A DNA stretch of 62,635 bases, counting the filler. It is 6 parts of 6 records of this genome, joined end to end, with 100 filler letters (N's around TTAATTAATTAA, not from the genome) between each part and the next. Parts side by side here need not be neighbours in the genome. Positions count along the whole stretch, not along the records: positions 46,857 to 53,587 come from SRR20825019_650; positions 53,688 to 62,635 come from SRR20825019_656; 4 more parts are not named here. One strand, 5' to 3'. This document shows positions 50,868-61,124 of the stretch, piece by piece. Position 1 is the stretch's first letter. Each line of letters starts with the position of its first letter. Below the pieces are notes generated by a model. The model saw only the letters and a list, made by a program, of their open reading frames with translations, had not been told where the DNA came from and did no database searches. The position numbers and the translations under genes were made by a program.

Positions 50868-52229
50868 CTAAACCAGCGCCACGATTTCCTTGCGTTTCCA
50901 GACAAACTGATACCAGCACCCCTGCAGCACCATCATCATGGTGAAAGAGGCTGCATAGGCCACCCAGATACCGGTCAGCCCCAGACTGGTCTGACTGAGC
51001 CAGATGGCGCCTGGCAGCTCGACGAGCAGGATGCACGCCACCGAGAGCATCATGGGCACATAGACCGTGCCGCTGGCGCGCATGATCCCCGAAAAGACCA
51101 TGCTCCAGCCGAAGCAGACAATGCTCCACAATACGACATGCAATAGCGACTCAGTCAGGTCGACCACTGCAGGGTCCGTGATGAACAGCGCAACCACATG
51201 CTGGCTGAACAGATAGGCCAGCAGGATCAGTCCACCCGTGATGATCAGGTTGAGGACCAGGGCCGTTTGGGCAATCGCACCCAACTGTTCGTTCTGCCGC
51301 GCGCCGATCGCCTGGGCGGCAAAAATCGAGGCCGCGATACCGATCGACATGGCCGGGAACTGCACATAACTCATCACCTGCCCCAGCGCCCCATAGGCGG
51401 CCGTTGCGTCTGACCCGAAGCGATTGACCAGGCCCACCACAACGATGCCGGCACTGGACGCGATGACCATTTGCAGCCCCGCTGGGATGCCCAGGCGCAG
51501 GATCAGACCCAACAGCTTGATATCGGGGTGCAACATGGCCGCCAGCAGAACCCGATCAGGCGCCAAAGGCATATTGCGCAGGCGCATATAGAAAAACAGG
51601 AACACCAGCACCGACAGGAAGCCCGCAATCATCGCAACGGCGGCGGCATTGACACCGATCTGCGGCAGCCCGAACCATCCCAGGATCAGCGCGGGCGTTA
51701 CCACGAGCCCCACCAGCAGGGACATGATCAGCGAGAACAGCGGCGTCATCGTATCGCCAACACCCCGCAGCACGGACGTCACCACCAGAAAGACGAAGAA
51801 GCCCGGCATGCCGATCAGGGCAATTCGCGAATAACCCACCGACAAGTGCAGAATATTGTCAGGCGCACCCAGCAGAACCAGAATCTGCTCCGCCCAGATC
51901 CCGCCACCAATGGCGACCAGCAGTCCCAAGGCGATGGCCGCACCCAACGTCGTGCCGGCCACCTGTTTGACCTTTTCGACATTCTTGGCGCCCCAGGCCT
52001 GGCCAATGAGAACCGTCGAGCCTGCCGAGAGCCCGATGATGAAGCTCATCAGGAAGAACATGAGGGGAAAGAAGGTCGCGATGGCCGCCAGGGCCTCCAC
52101 GCCGATCAATTGACCGACATAGATCGAGTTGATGGTGCCTGACAGGGCCTGCAGGATATTCGAGGCCATCAATGGAATCAGGAACAGGCTGAAACGCTGC
52201 CAGAGCGGTCTGGTCGACAACGGGTTCAT
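50868..52229 (-). CDS. MATE family efflux transporter
   Basis: About 12 TM helices; VGQLIG..ALAA, IGQAWGA, LRGVGD..TPL, LGIPAG; GGAG RBS before the ATG at 52229. Confidence 0.92.
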   Translation of the reverse strand: MNPLSTRPLWQRFSLFLIPLMASNILQALSGTINSIYVGQLIGVEALAAIATFFPLMFFLMSFIIGLSAGSTVLIGQAWGAKNVEKVKQVAGTTLGAAIALGLLVAIGGGIWAEQILVLLGAPDNILHLSVGYSRIALIGMPGFFVFLVVTSVLRGVGDTMTPLFSLIMSLLVGLVVTPALILGWFGLPQIGVNAAAVAMIAGFLSVLVFLFFYMRLRNMPLAPDRVLLAAMLHPDIKLLGLILRLGIPAGLQMVIASSAGIVVVGLVNRFGSDATAAYGALGQVMSYVQFPAMSIGIAASIFAAQAIGARQNEQLGAIAQTALVLNLIITGGLILLAYLFSQHVVALFITDPAVVDLTESLLHVVLWSIVCFGWSMVFSGIMRASGTVYVPMMLSVACILLVELPGAIWLSQTSLGLTGIWVAYAASFTMMMVLQGCWYQFVWKRKEIVALV

Positions 52230-52414
52230 GAGGTAACTCCAGCTTTTATCGTACAATCCGGGTCACGGCCTGGAACCCCGAAGCCGACTGGGACTGAGCA
52301 ATATTCAGACCGCCGGGGGGACCAATTCACACCGCTTTCACGGTGCCGGCTGGACGGGCGCTGGAGGCAGGGCAATGACTGGCGCTGCTGTACGCCCGGC
52401 GTCAGGAGGCGTCA
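52230..52414 (-). promoter_or_regulatory. sigma70-like promoter and ~150-nt structured 5' leader of the MATE gene
   Basis: TTGACG-N17-TACAGC, then CTCCAGC...GCTGGAG pairing over the RBS, with internal hairpins. Confidence 0.45.
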
Positions 52415-52504
52415 ATTCCCGATCACACAATCATTCCGGCCAGTGATTGCATCATCACTCATTCTCATCGGCGCCGACCGGCGACCGTGTGCTAGAAGCT
52501 GTCG

Positions 52505-53233
52505 ATGTTCCGAATGTCTATTTCACCCAGCTCGACCACTGAGCAATTTCTTGCCGGAGCGCGCGCCTGCATACCGGTTGCCATTTCCGTTGCCGCCTAC
52601 GGCATGGTCTGGGGCATGCTGGCCCGCACGGCCGGTCTGAGCCTGCTCGAAGTCGTGATGATGAGTGGTCTGGTCTTTGCCGGTGCGGCACAGTTCGTGG
52701 CGCTTGATCTATGGACGACCACGCCCTCGTCTCTCCCCGTTGGGGCTCTGGTTCTGGCAGCGCTGATCGTGAACCTGCGTTATCTACTGCTCACCGCCAC
52801 CCTGCGACCCCTCTATCCCCGCTCGAATCTCGGGCGCGGCGCGCTCGCCATGTATCTGGTCACCGATGAAAACTGGGCGATGACTGTCGCGGCCATGGCG
52901 CGCGGCGGCGGCAGCGTCGCCTTTCTGATGGGCGGGGGCGTCTTGGCCTGGATCAGTTGGATGACCACCAATATCACCGGTTTTGGGCTTGGCTCGGCAA
53001 TCGATGACCCATCCCGCTGGGGGCTGGATTTTGCCTTCACGGCAACCTTTTTGGCACTGCTGCTCGGCATGTGGCGCGGAAAAGCCGATCTGTTGCCCTG
53101 GCTGGTGGCGGCCCTGGTCGCCATAGCCACGGCGAGTTCGCTCGACGGCAGTTGGCACATTCTGGCAGGTGGTCTGGCAGGAAGCCTCGTCGGCGCCATT
53201 CTGGAGGTGCGCAAGCATGCAGACCAGTCCTGA
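52505..53233 (+). CDS. azlC: AzlC family branched-chain amino acid exporter
   Basis: MSGLVFAGAAQF, VNLRYLL, TDENWA, GLDFAF.A.FL.LL. Confidence 0.9.
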   Translation: MFRMSISPSSTTEQFLAGARACIPVAISVAAYGMVWGMLARTAGLSLLEVVMMSGLVFAGAAQFVALDLWTTTPSSLPVGALVLAALIVNLRYLLLTATLRPLYPRSNLGRGALAMYLVTDENWAMTVAAMARGGGSVAFLMGGGVLAWISWMTTNITGFGLGSAIDDPSRWGLDFAFTATFLALLLGMWRGKADLLPWLVAALVAIATASSLDGSWHILAGGLAGSLVGAILEVRKHADQS

Positions 53234-53525
53234 GGCCCTTATCGCTATTCTCGGCATGGCTCTGGCTACGATTGCCATCAAGGCCGGCGGTCTGTTGCTG
53301 GCCGATCGACTGCCACGCGAAGGTTTCGCTGCGGCCTGGCTGCGCCATATTCCCGGCGCCGTTCTCGCGGCACTGGTGGCGCCGGCCCTGGTCACGGGCA
53401 GTCCCGCCGAAATGATCGCGGCCCTGGCGACCGGCGGCATCTTCATCCTGACGCGAAATCTCTTCGCGGCCATGGCCACAGGCGTGCTTACGGTCTACCT
53501 GACCCGCCTATTGCTGGGTGGCTAG
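53217..53525 (+). CDS. azlD: AzlD family membrane subunit
   Basis: ILGMALAT...K..G, L..IPGAVLAALVAP; overlaps the azlC end. Confidence 0.85.
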   Translation: MQTSPEALIAILGMALATIAIKAGGLLLADRLPREGFAAAWLRHIPGAVLAALVAPALVTGSPAEMIAALATGGIFILTRNLFAAMATGVLTVYLTRLLLGG

Positions 53526-53546
53526 TGTTCGGTTGATGCTGGAAAA

Positions 53547-53587
53547 TGGTGCCCCCCGCCGGACTCGAACCGGCACGCCTCGCGGCG
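53547..53587 (-). tRNA. tRNA-Leu 3' half (anticodon cut off)
   Basis: Minus strand CGCC-GCGA-GGCG long variable arm, GCCGG-TTCGAGT-CCGGC T arm, acceptor strand GGGGGGC, discriminator A, CCA. Confidence 0.85.
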
Positions 53588-53687
53588 NNNNNNNNNNNNN
53601 NNNNNNNNNNNNNNNNNNNNNNNNNNNNNNNTTAATTAATTAANNNNNNNNNNNNNNNNNNNNNNNNNNNNNNNNNNNNNNNNNNNN
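53588..53687. other. Artificial contig spacer
   Basis: N-run/TTAATTAATTAA/N-run. Confidence 0.98.
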
Positions 53688-53688
53688 C

Positions 53689-54681
53689 TATCAAGAAATT
53701 TTTACAGATCCATCTTATTTTGGCCAGATTATGGTTGCTACAAACGCACATATCGGTAATTATGGTACTAATAGAGATGAAGTAGAATCCGAAGGGATTA
53801 AAATTGCAGGTTTGGTAGTCCGTAATTTTAGCTATCATTATTCACGTGATGCCGCAGATGATTCATTGGAGGAATTTCTAAATAAAAATAATTTACTTGC
53901 CATTAGTGATGTAGATACCCGAGCTTTGGTTAGTTATATCCGTGATAACGGTGCTATGAACGCAGTTATTTCAACAGAAGTTGATAATATAGAAGGTCTT
54001 AAAAAACAGCTAGCAGAAGTTCCAAATATGAATGGATTGGAACTCGCTTCAAAAGTTTCAACTAAAGAGCCTTATTTCTTCGGAAAAGAAAACGCTAAAT
54101 ACAAAATTTCCGCATTGGATTTAGGAATAAAGAAAAACATTCTGCGTAGGCTTGCTGAACGCGATTGCTATATAAAAGTATTTCCATACAATGCTTCTTT
54201 TTCTGAAATGGAATCCTTTAATCCAGATGGGTATTTTATCTCTAACGGTCCTGGAGATCCAGAACCACTTCATAGCGCAATTGAAGTTGTAAAAAATATT
54301 TTGGAAAAGGAATTACCAATGTTCGGAATATGTTTAGGGCATCAAGTATTGGCATTAGCAAATGGAATATCAACTTATAAAATGCACAACGGTCACCGCG
54401 GAATAAACCACCCAATTATGAATTTAGTTACCGGTAAGGGTGAAATTACGTCACAAAATCACGGTTTTGCAATTAATAGAGAAGAAGCAGAAGCGAACCC
54501 AAATATCGAAATTACTCACGAGCATTTAAATGATTATACTGCAAGTGGAATAAGGCTTAAAAACAAACCAGCTTTTTCTGTACAGTATCATCCTGAAGCA
54601 AGTCCAGGACCACACGATGCAACGTATCTTTTTGATCAATTCATCGAAACTATTGAAAATTATAAATTACAAACGGTTTAA
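53689..54681 (+). CDS. carA: Carbamoyl-phosphate synthase small subunit (5' truncated)
   Basis: YQEIFTDPSY.GQI, SNGPGDP, FGICLGHQ, GHRG.NHP, SQNHGF, VQYHPEASPGPHD. Confidence 0.97.
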   Translation, partial: YQEIFTDPSYFGQIMVATNAHIGNYGTNRDEVESEGIKIAGLVVRNFSYHYSRDAADDSLEEFLNKNNLLAISDVDTRALVSYIRDNGAMNAVISTEVDNIEGLKKQLAEVPNMNGLELASKVSTKEPYFFGKENAKYKISALDLGIKKNILRRLAERDCYIKVFPYNASFSEMESFNPDGYFISNGPGDPEPLHSAIEVVKNILEKELPMFGICLGHQVLALANGISTYKMHNGHRGINHPIMNLVTGKGEITSQNHGFAINREEAEANPNIEITHEHLNDYTASGIRLKNKPAFSVQYHPEASPGPHDATYLFDQFIETIENYKLQTV

Positions 54682-54715
54682 ATTAAAATAAGAAATAACC
54701 CTATAAATTAGCACT

Positions 54716-55999
54716 ATGAGTATCATTATTGACATCATCGCACGCCAAATATTTGATTCAAGAGGTAACCCAACTGTAGAAGTTGATGTAATTACAGAAA
54801 ATGGTTTTATGGGTCGTGCTGCTGTTCCTTCAGGAGCTTCAACAGGAGAACATGAAGCTGTTGAACTTCGTGATGGTGGAAAGGATTATATGGGCAAAGG
54901 TGTTTTACAAGCAGTTGAGAATGTAACTGGAAGAATAGCAGGTACACTTCTGGGTATTTCTGTTTTTGAGCAGGAATTGATCGATAAAACAATGATTGAT
55001 CTTGATGGTAGTAAAAACAAATCGAAACTTGGTGCAAATGCAATGTTAGGAGTTTCTTTAGCATGTGCAAAAGCTGCTGCCAACGAATTGGGGATGCCGT
55101 TGTATAGATATGTAGGTGGCGTAAGTGCTAAAACACTTCCGGTGCCAATGATGAATATTATTAATGGAGGTTCACACAGTGATGCTCCTATTGCTTTTCA
55201 AGAATTTATGGTGATGCCTGTAAAAGCAAAAAACTTTACGCATGCTATGCAAATGGGTTCTGAAATTTTTCATAACCTTAAAAAAGTATTGCACGACCGT
55301 GGATTAAGTACTGCAGTTGGTGACGAAGGAGGCTTTGCACCAACTTTAAATGGAACAGAAGACGCTTTAGATACCATTGCAAAAGCAACTGAAAAAGCTG
55401 GCTACAAATTGGGTGACGATGTAATGATTGCTTTAGATTGTGCAGCTGCGGAATTCTACGTAAATGAAAAGTACGATTACACAAAATTTGAAGGCGATAA
55501 AGGAAAAGTACGTACTTCAAAAGAACAGGCGGATTATTTGGCTGAATTATGTGAAAAATATCCAATTATTTCAATCGAAGATGGAATGGATGAAAATGAT
55601 TGGGAAGGTTGGAAATATTTAACAGAAAAGATTGGCGACAAAGTTCAGTTGGTTGGCGATGACCTTTTTGTAACAAATGTTGAAAGACTTTCTCGTGGAA
55701 TTGACGAAAATATTGCGAATTCAATTCTTATAAAAGTAAACCAAATAGGTACTTTAACTGAAACAATTGCAGCTGTAAATATGGCGCATAATGCAGGCTA
55801 TACTTCAGTAATGTCTCACAGAAGTGGTGAAACAGAAGATTATACAATTGCAGATTTGGCTGTCGCTCTAAATTGTGGTCAGATAAAAACTGGTTCTGCT
55901 TCTAGAAGTGATAGAATGTCTAAATACAATCAATTGATTAGAATTGAAGAGCAGTTAGGTGATGTTGCCTATTTTCCAGGTGAAAAGGCTTTTAAATAA
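54716..55999 (+). CDS. eno: Enolase
   Basis: [48 protein letters not shown]. Confidence 0.99.
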   Translation: MSIIIDIIARQIFDSRGNPTVEVDVITENGFMGRAAVPSGASTGEHEAVELRDGGKDYMGKGVLQAVENVTGRIAGTLLGISVFEQELIDKTMIDLDGSKNKSKLGANAMLGVSLACAKAAANELGMPLYRYVGGVSAKTLPVPMMNIINGGSHSDAPIAFQEFMVMPVKAKNFTHAMQMGSEIFHNLKKVLHDRGLSTAVGDEGGFAPTLNGTEDALDTIAKATEKAGYKLGDDVMIALDCAAAEFYVNEKYDYTKFEGDKGKVRTSKEQADYLAELCEKYPIISIEDGMDENDWEGWKYLTEKIGDKVQLVGDDLFVTNVERLSRGIDENIANSILIKVNQIGTLTETIAAVNMAHNAGYTSVMSHRSGETEDYTIADLAVALNCGQIKTGSASRSDRMSKYNQLIRIEEQLGDVAYFPGEKAFK

Positions 56000-56023
56000 A
56001 CTTCAAACCTTTTATATATTTTA

Positions 56024-58534
56024 TTAAGATACAAAGAGGTGTTTGTTTAACACCTCTTTTAATTTTGTAATTGTAATTGGTTTTTCTATATATTCATTAA
56101 TTCCAGCTGCGATACTTTTTTCTTCGTTTTCTTCTGCGCTTCCTGCGCTCAACGCTAATATTGAAACATTAGGATCCGATTTTCGAATTATAAGGGAAGC
56201 CTCAAAACCATTCATAACTGGCATTTGAATATCCATTAAAATTAAATCTGGTTTTTCTTTTTTGTACAGTTCAACACCTTCTTTGCCATTATAAGCTTCT
56301 AAAATTACAGCGTCCTTATGAAGAGTGATGAGTATTTTTTTTGTTAGTAAAAGATTGATTTTGTTGTCTTCAACTATTAAGAACTTAAAGAAATTATCTT
56401 TTTTTGGAATATCTTCAATAGTTGTGTTGGTAGTTTTTTGGGTTATTCCATTTTTCAACTTAAGTTTAAAAAAAAAGGTGCTTCCTTTACCTAATTCACT
56501 AGTAAACTCTAGTTTTCCACCCATTTTATTTATTATTTTTTTTGCAATAGATAACCCTAATCCAATGCCACCATGTTCACGGGTATAATCTGATTCCTCT
56601 TGAAAAAATTCATGAAATATTTTATACCTGTTTTTAGCGTCTATCCCTTTTCCTGTATCTTTTACGGCTATTAGCAATTCGGTAAAGTTTTCAGATTTGC
56701 TTGCTGCATTAATGCTGAGTGTTATTGTACCTTCTGATGTAAATTTTATGGCATTATTTAGAAGATTATATAAAACGCGGCGTAATTTTAGTTCGTCAAT
56801 TATTAAGGTTTCGGGTATATTTTCATCAAAACTAAATAGTGTTTTTATTTTTTTATTGTCTGCTTTTATTTTCATTAAATCAAAAACTTCTTCTGCAGTT
56901 CTCTTAATATGAGTAGGTGTATAATGGAGTTGGAGTTTATCCTTGTTATACTTGTTAAAGTCAAAAATATCTTCAGTCATAGTTAATAATGACTTACTTG
57001 AATTTTCAATAATACTTATAAATTTAGATTGCTCTATTGTTAGTTGTGTAGTTTTAAAAAGTAAATCAGTATAACCAATAATTGCATTTAGAGGAGTTTT
57101 AATTTCATGACTCATTTTAGTTAAGAAGTTTGATTTTGTTTCATTGGAAATAGTTAGTTTCTTGTTTATGTTTTTCAACTTTACCTTGTTTAGGTACATG
57201 ATTCCATATAATAAAGTGAAAAATAAAATAGAACCTAAAAAAATATAAATATTACGACGATTATTTATTTCTTGGAATTCTTTGTCCTTTTTTAAAGCTA
57301 ATTGCTTTAATTCGTGCTCTTTTTTTAAGGCTAGTTCTTTCGTTTCAAACTTTATTCTTTCATCAAAAAGTGCTCCTTGAACATTTTGAGTTCTAAGGCT
57401 GTCGTTATAGTCACTTGTTAATTCGACATATTTTATTGCTTCTTTTTTGTTGTTTTTTTCTATATATATTATGGCTAAAAGTTTAGAAGATTGTGCAAGG
57501 GTTTTAAGGTTGCTAGTTTCTTTAGATAATTTATATGACTCCAAAGCATATTCAAGAGCTTGTGTGCTATTCAAGTTTTGATGTTCAATTAATGCTAAAT
57601 GATAAGTACATTTTGCCCTCAACATCTTATTATCTATTTTTTGCAATTTAACTAGGGTCTGTAAATAGTATTTTTTGGATGCTATATAATTTTCTAGATT
57701 GTAATATATAGCTGCAATGTTAAGTAGTGTCGCTATTTTTTGAATTTCATTATCAGAAAACTCTTCCTCTATTTTAGCGACTTCCATCAATAGCTCTAAT
57801 GCTTTTTTATTATTACCTTGAAAGGCAATAACGATTGCCATATTCTTCTTTGATTTAATAATGCCATCTATATTGTTCTCGGTCTTATATAATTTTAGAG
57901 CTTCATTTAAAAAAGATTCTGAATTGTCAAAATCTTTTGTTTCTGTAGCTACAGCGCTAAGTGATACTAGATTGTCTGCAATTGAATTATTGTCGCCAAT
58001 TTTTCTATACAATGCAAGTGATTTATTATAATGCATTATGGCAGTTTTATAATTGCTCATATAGGTATAAGCACGGCCCTTGTTTTTATAGATATTTGCT
58101 ATTTGAGACGTTAAGTTGTTTTTTTCTGCAAGTGCAAGCGCAGAATCAAATTGTTTTATTGAATTTGTATAATTTGCTAGATGAATATTTGCTTCACCCA
58201 TGCTTATATATGCATCAATAAATCCTAAAATATTTTTTTCCTGTTTAGAGAGCTTTAGAAGTTTTTGTGAAAGAAGTATGGATTCATTTGGATTTACAAC
58301 TGTAAGCTTACTGGCAAGAATGCTGTATGTTTTAATAGAATCAATGCGAGTTTTGGCATTGGTTAATAGTACATTTAAACTATCTATTTCCTTATTTTGA
58401 GCACTACTTACTGCAGAAGTTAAAAAAAGCACCAGAAAAACTTTTTTGATGTTTTTTTTAAAACTGAATAAGTTTCGTGAGGTTAAAAATTTAAAAATCA
58501 TACCTTTTGCTATAAGTGAATGATTGAAAATCAA
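56024..58534 (-). CDS. Hybrid sensor histidine kinase (periplasmic TPR - TM - HisKA - HATPase - REC)
   Basis: MSHEIKTPLNAI, NLLNNAIKFT, DTGKGI, G.GLGL.I, LILMDIQMPVMNG. ATG start is likely 58501. Confidence 0.92.
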   Translation of the reverse strand: MIFNHSLIAKGMIFKFLTSRNLFSFKKNIKKVFLVLFLTSAVSSAQNKEIDSLNVLLTNAKTRIDSIKTYSILASKLTVVNPNESILLSQKLLKLSKQEKNILGFIDAYISMGEANIHLANYTNSIKQFDSALALAEKNNLTSQIANIYKNKGRAYTYMSNYKTAIMHYNKSLALYRKIGDNNSIADNLVSLSAVATETKDFDNSESFLNEALKLYKTENNIDGIIKSKKNMAIVIAFQGNNKKALELLMEVAKIEEEFSDNEIQKIATLLNIAAIYYNLENYIASKKYYLQTLVKLQKIDNKMLRAKCTYHLALIEHQNLNSTQALEYALESYKLSKETSNLKTLAQSSKLLAIIYIEKNNKKEAIKYVELTSDYNDSLRTQNVQGALFDERIKFETKELALKKEHELKQLALKKDKEFQEINNRRNIYIFLGSILFFTLLYGIMYLNKVKLKNINKKLTISNETKSNFLTKMSHEIKTPLNAIIGYTDLLFKTTQLTIEQSKFISIIENSSKSLLTMTEDIFDFNKYNKDKLQLHYTPTHIKRTAEEVFDLMKIKADNKKIKTLFSFDENIPETLIIDELKLRRVLYNLLNNAIKFTSEGTITLSINAASKSENFTELLIAVKDTGKGIDAKNRYKIFHEFFQEESDYTREHGGIGLGLSIAKKIINKMGGKLEFTSELGKGSTFFFKLKLKNGITQKTTNTTIEDIPKKDNFFKFLIVEDNKINLLLTKKILITLHKDAVILEAYNGKEGVELYKKEKPDLILMDIQMPVMNGFEASLIIRKSDPNVSILALSAGSAEENEEKSIAAGINEYIEKPITITKLKEVLNKHLFVS

Positions 58535-58786
58535 TATACAAGATAGTGATTTATGTGATTGACTTCTTATTTTTTATGAATTAATCGACTTTAAATCGTT
58601 GATGTACATTTAATTGCGTTAAAAAATGCAGTTTATTGATTTAAAAAAGCATTTAATCGAAGATTGATTTGAAAACAATTTTTTAAGTATTATTTAACCT
58701 AACAAAGCGTAGGAATGTTAAAAAAATCGCTTGGAATTTTGTAATTTAGCATTTCTGAATAAATTAAAAAAATACACAATATTTTT

Positions 58787-60073
58787 ATGGCAAAAATGGC
58801 GACCCTCGAGATAGAAGGTAAAAAATACGAGTTTCCAATTGTAGAAGGAACGGAGAATGAATTAGGAATAGATATAAAGAGCCTACGGTCAGACACTAAC
58901 GGTGTTGTGACCTTAGATCCTGGATACAAAAACACGGGTGCTTGCGAGAGTGCAATAACGTTTTTGGATGGAGAAAAAGGTGTTTTAAGATATCGTGGAT
59001 ACTCAATTGAGGAGCTTGCTGAAAAAGCACATTTCTTAGAAGTTTGTTACCTACTTATTTTCGGGGAACTTCCAACAGAAGCACAGCTTAATAAATTTCA
59101 TACAGATATAAAAGCACAATCTCATGTAGATGAGGACGTTAAGCGTATATTAGACGGCTTTCCAAAAGCAGCTCACCCAATGGGTGTATTGTCTTCATTA
59201 ACTTCCGCTTTGGTTGCTTTTAACCCTTCCTCTGTAAATGTAGATAGTGAGGAAGATATGTATAAAGCCATCGTAAAAATTCTTGGGAAATTTCCAGTAT
59301 TAACTGCATGGACGTATAGAAAACGAATGGGGCTTCCATTAGATTACGGAGGAGATTCATTGGGATATGTGGACAACTTTCTTAAAATGATGTTCAAAAA
59401 GCCAAGTGGCGAGTATACAACCAATGATATTGTTTTAGAAGCATTGGATAAATTGCTAATTCTTCATGCAGATCATGAACAAAACTGTTCTACTTCAACT
59501 GTACGTATTGTAGGTTCATCACATGCTGGTCTTTTTGTTTCAATTTCAGCAGGAATTGCAGCACTTTGGGGGCCACTCCATGGAGGTGCAAACCAAGCTG
59601 TTATAGAAATGCTTGAAGCAATTAAGGCAGATGGTGGGGATACCAAAAAGTTTATGGCCAAAGCAAAAGATAAAAATGATCCGTTTAGATTAATGGGCTT
59701 TGGGCATAGAGTTTATAAAAACTTTGACCCTCGTGCAAAAATAATTAAAAGAGCTGCAGACAACGTTTTAGATAACCTTGGAATTGAAGATGATATTCTT
59801 GATATAGCGAAAGCTTTAGAAAAAGAAGCATTGGAAGATCCATACTTTGTTGATAGAAAACTATATCCAAACGTAGATTTCTATTCAGGGATTATTTACC
59901 GTGCTTTAGGTATTCCAGTAGAAATGTTTACTCCAATGTTTGCATTAGGTCGTTTGCCAGGATGGATTGCACAATGGAGAGAAATGCGTTTACACAAAGA
60001 GCCTATAGGAAGACCACGTCAAATATACACAGGTGAAACCCTTCGAGATTTTAAACCTGTAGATAAAAGATAG
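58787..60073 (+). CDS. gltA: Citrate synthase
   Basis: LRYRGY, LHADHEQNCST, WGPLHGGAN, MGFGHRVYK, YPNVDFYSG. Confidence 0.98.
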   Translation: MAKMATLEIEGKKYEFPIVEGTENELGIDIKSLRSDTNGVVTLDPGYKNTGACESAITFLDGEKGVLRYRGYSIEELAEKAHFLEVCYLLIFGELPTEAQLNKFHTDIKAQSHVDEDVKRILDGFPKAAHPMGVLSSLTSALVAFNPSSVNVDSEEDMYKAIVKILGKFPVLTAWTYRKRMGLPLDYGGDSLGYVDNFLKMMFKKPSGEYTTNDIVLEALDKLLILHADHEQNCSTSTVRIVGSSHAGLFVSISAGIAALWGPLHGGANQAVIEMLEAIKADGGDTKKFMAKAKDKNDPFRLMGFGHRVYKNFDPRAKIIKRAADNVLDNLGIEDDILDIAKALEKEALEDPYFVDRKLYPNVDFYSGIIYRALGIPVEMFTPMFALGRLPGWIAQWREMRLHKEPIGRPRQIYTGETLRDFKPVDKR

Positions 60074-60098
60074 AATCAAAAAAAAATTATAAATTTTG

Positions 60099-60128
60099 AA
60101 AGCACTTCCTACAGAAGTGCTTTTTTTT
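60099..60128 (+). terminator. Intrinsic terminator after gltA
   Basis: AAAGCACTTC-ctaca-GAAGTGCTTT followed by a T-run. Confidence 0.8.
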
Positions 60129-60139
60129 ATATTTGTTAT

Positions 60140-61054
60140 ATGATTAAACTTAACATCAACGACGAGATCTCAAAATTGCGCGCCGTAGTTTTAGGACGTG
60201 CAGATAGTAATGGGCCTGTTCCCAAGTTAGAAGACGCATACGACCCTAAATCTGCAGAACATATTAAAGCAGGAACCTATCCGAAAGATGAGGATATGGT
60301 TCTAGAAATGGAAGCCGTAGCAGCAGTTTTTAAAAAATATGGCGTAGAAGTATATAGGCCAGTATGTATAAAGGACTACAATCAAATTTTCTCCCGCGAT
60401 ATCGCTTTTGTAATTGAAGATAAATTGATAATCGCTAATATTCTAGAAGATCGTTCCAAGGAGATTGATGCCATTGAAAATGTAATTAATAAAATTGATC
60501 CTTCTAAAATTATTGAATTTCCAGAGAACGCCCATATTGAAGGGGGCGATGTAATGCCGTGGGGAGACTATATTTTTGTTGGAACTTATTATGGTGAAGA
60601 CTATCCAAGCTTTATAACGGCACGCACAAATATGAATGCTGTTAAACACCTTCAAAAGTTGTTCCCTCACAAAATAGTAAAATCTTTTAACCTTAAAAAA
60701 AGCAATACAATAGCAGATGAAAACGCACTACATTTAGATTGTTGTTTTCAGCCTTTAGGCAAAGGAAAAGCAATTATTCATAAAGAAGGTTTTTTGATAG
60801 AAGAAGAGTATAATTGGCTGGTAGATTTCTTCGGAAAAGAAAATTGTTTTCACATCACCAAACAGGAAATGTATGCCATGAATAGTAATGTTTTTTCAAT
60901 TTCACCCGAAGTGGTGATTTCAGAAAAAAACTTTATACGGCTTAATACTTGGCTACGCGAACAAGGATTTACTGTAGAAGAAGTGCCATATTCTGAAATT
61001 TCAAAACAAGAAGGATTACTTCGTTGTTCTACGATGCCCCTTATTCGTGATTAA
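60140..61054 (+). CDS. Amidinotransferase/DDAH/arginine deiminase superfamily protein
   Basis: QIFSRD, IEGGD, LHLDC, GLLRCSTMPL.R catalytic motifs. Confidence 0.9.
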   Translation: MIKLNINDEISKLRAVVLGRADSNGPVPKLEDAYDPKSAEHIKAGTYPKDEDMVLEMEAVAAVFKKYGVEVYRPVCIKDYNQIFSRDIAFVIEDKLIIANILEDRSKEIDAIENVINKIDPSKIIEFPENAHIEGGDVMPWGDYIFVGTYYGEDYPSFITARTNMNAVKHLQKLFPHKIVKSFNLKKSNTIADENALHLDCCFQPLGKGKAIIHKEGFLIEEEYNWLVDFFGKENCFHITKQEMYAMNSNVFSISPEVVISEKNFIRLNTWLREQGFTVEEVPYSEISKQEGLLRCSTMPLIRD

Positions 61055-61124
61055 TTTTTTTTTTGGTCAACTAGAAGTTTATTATTTACGTATATACTGT
61101 AAGTAATCCTTTTAAAACCTACCG

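Noticed and set aside
52237-52285. Guanidine-I (ykkC) riboswitch call based on GGGGTTCC...GATAAAAGCTGGAG
   Set aside because: Only two short words resemble the consensus; the spacing is too short and the intervening conserved elements are absent. Kept as an unassigned structured leader.
53547-53587. tRNA fragments (also 28095-28122) as prophage or island att sites
   Set aside because: Both are truncated exactly at contig ends and no integrase is present, so assembly breaks explain them.
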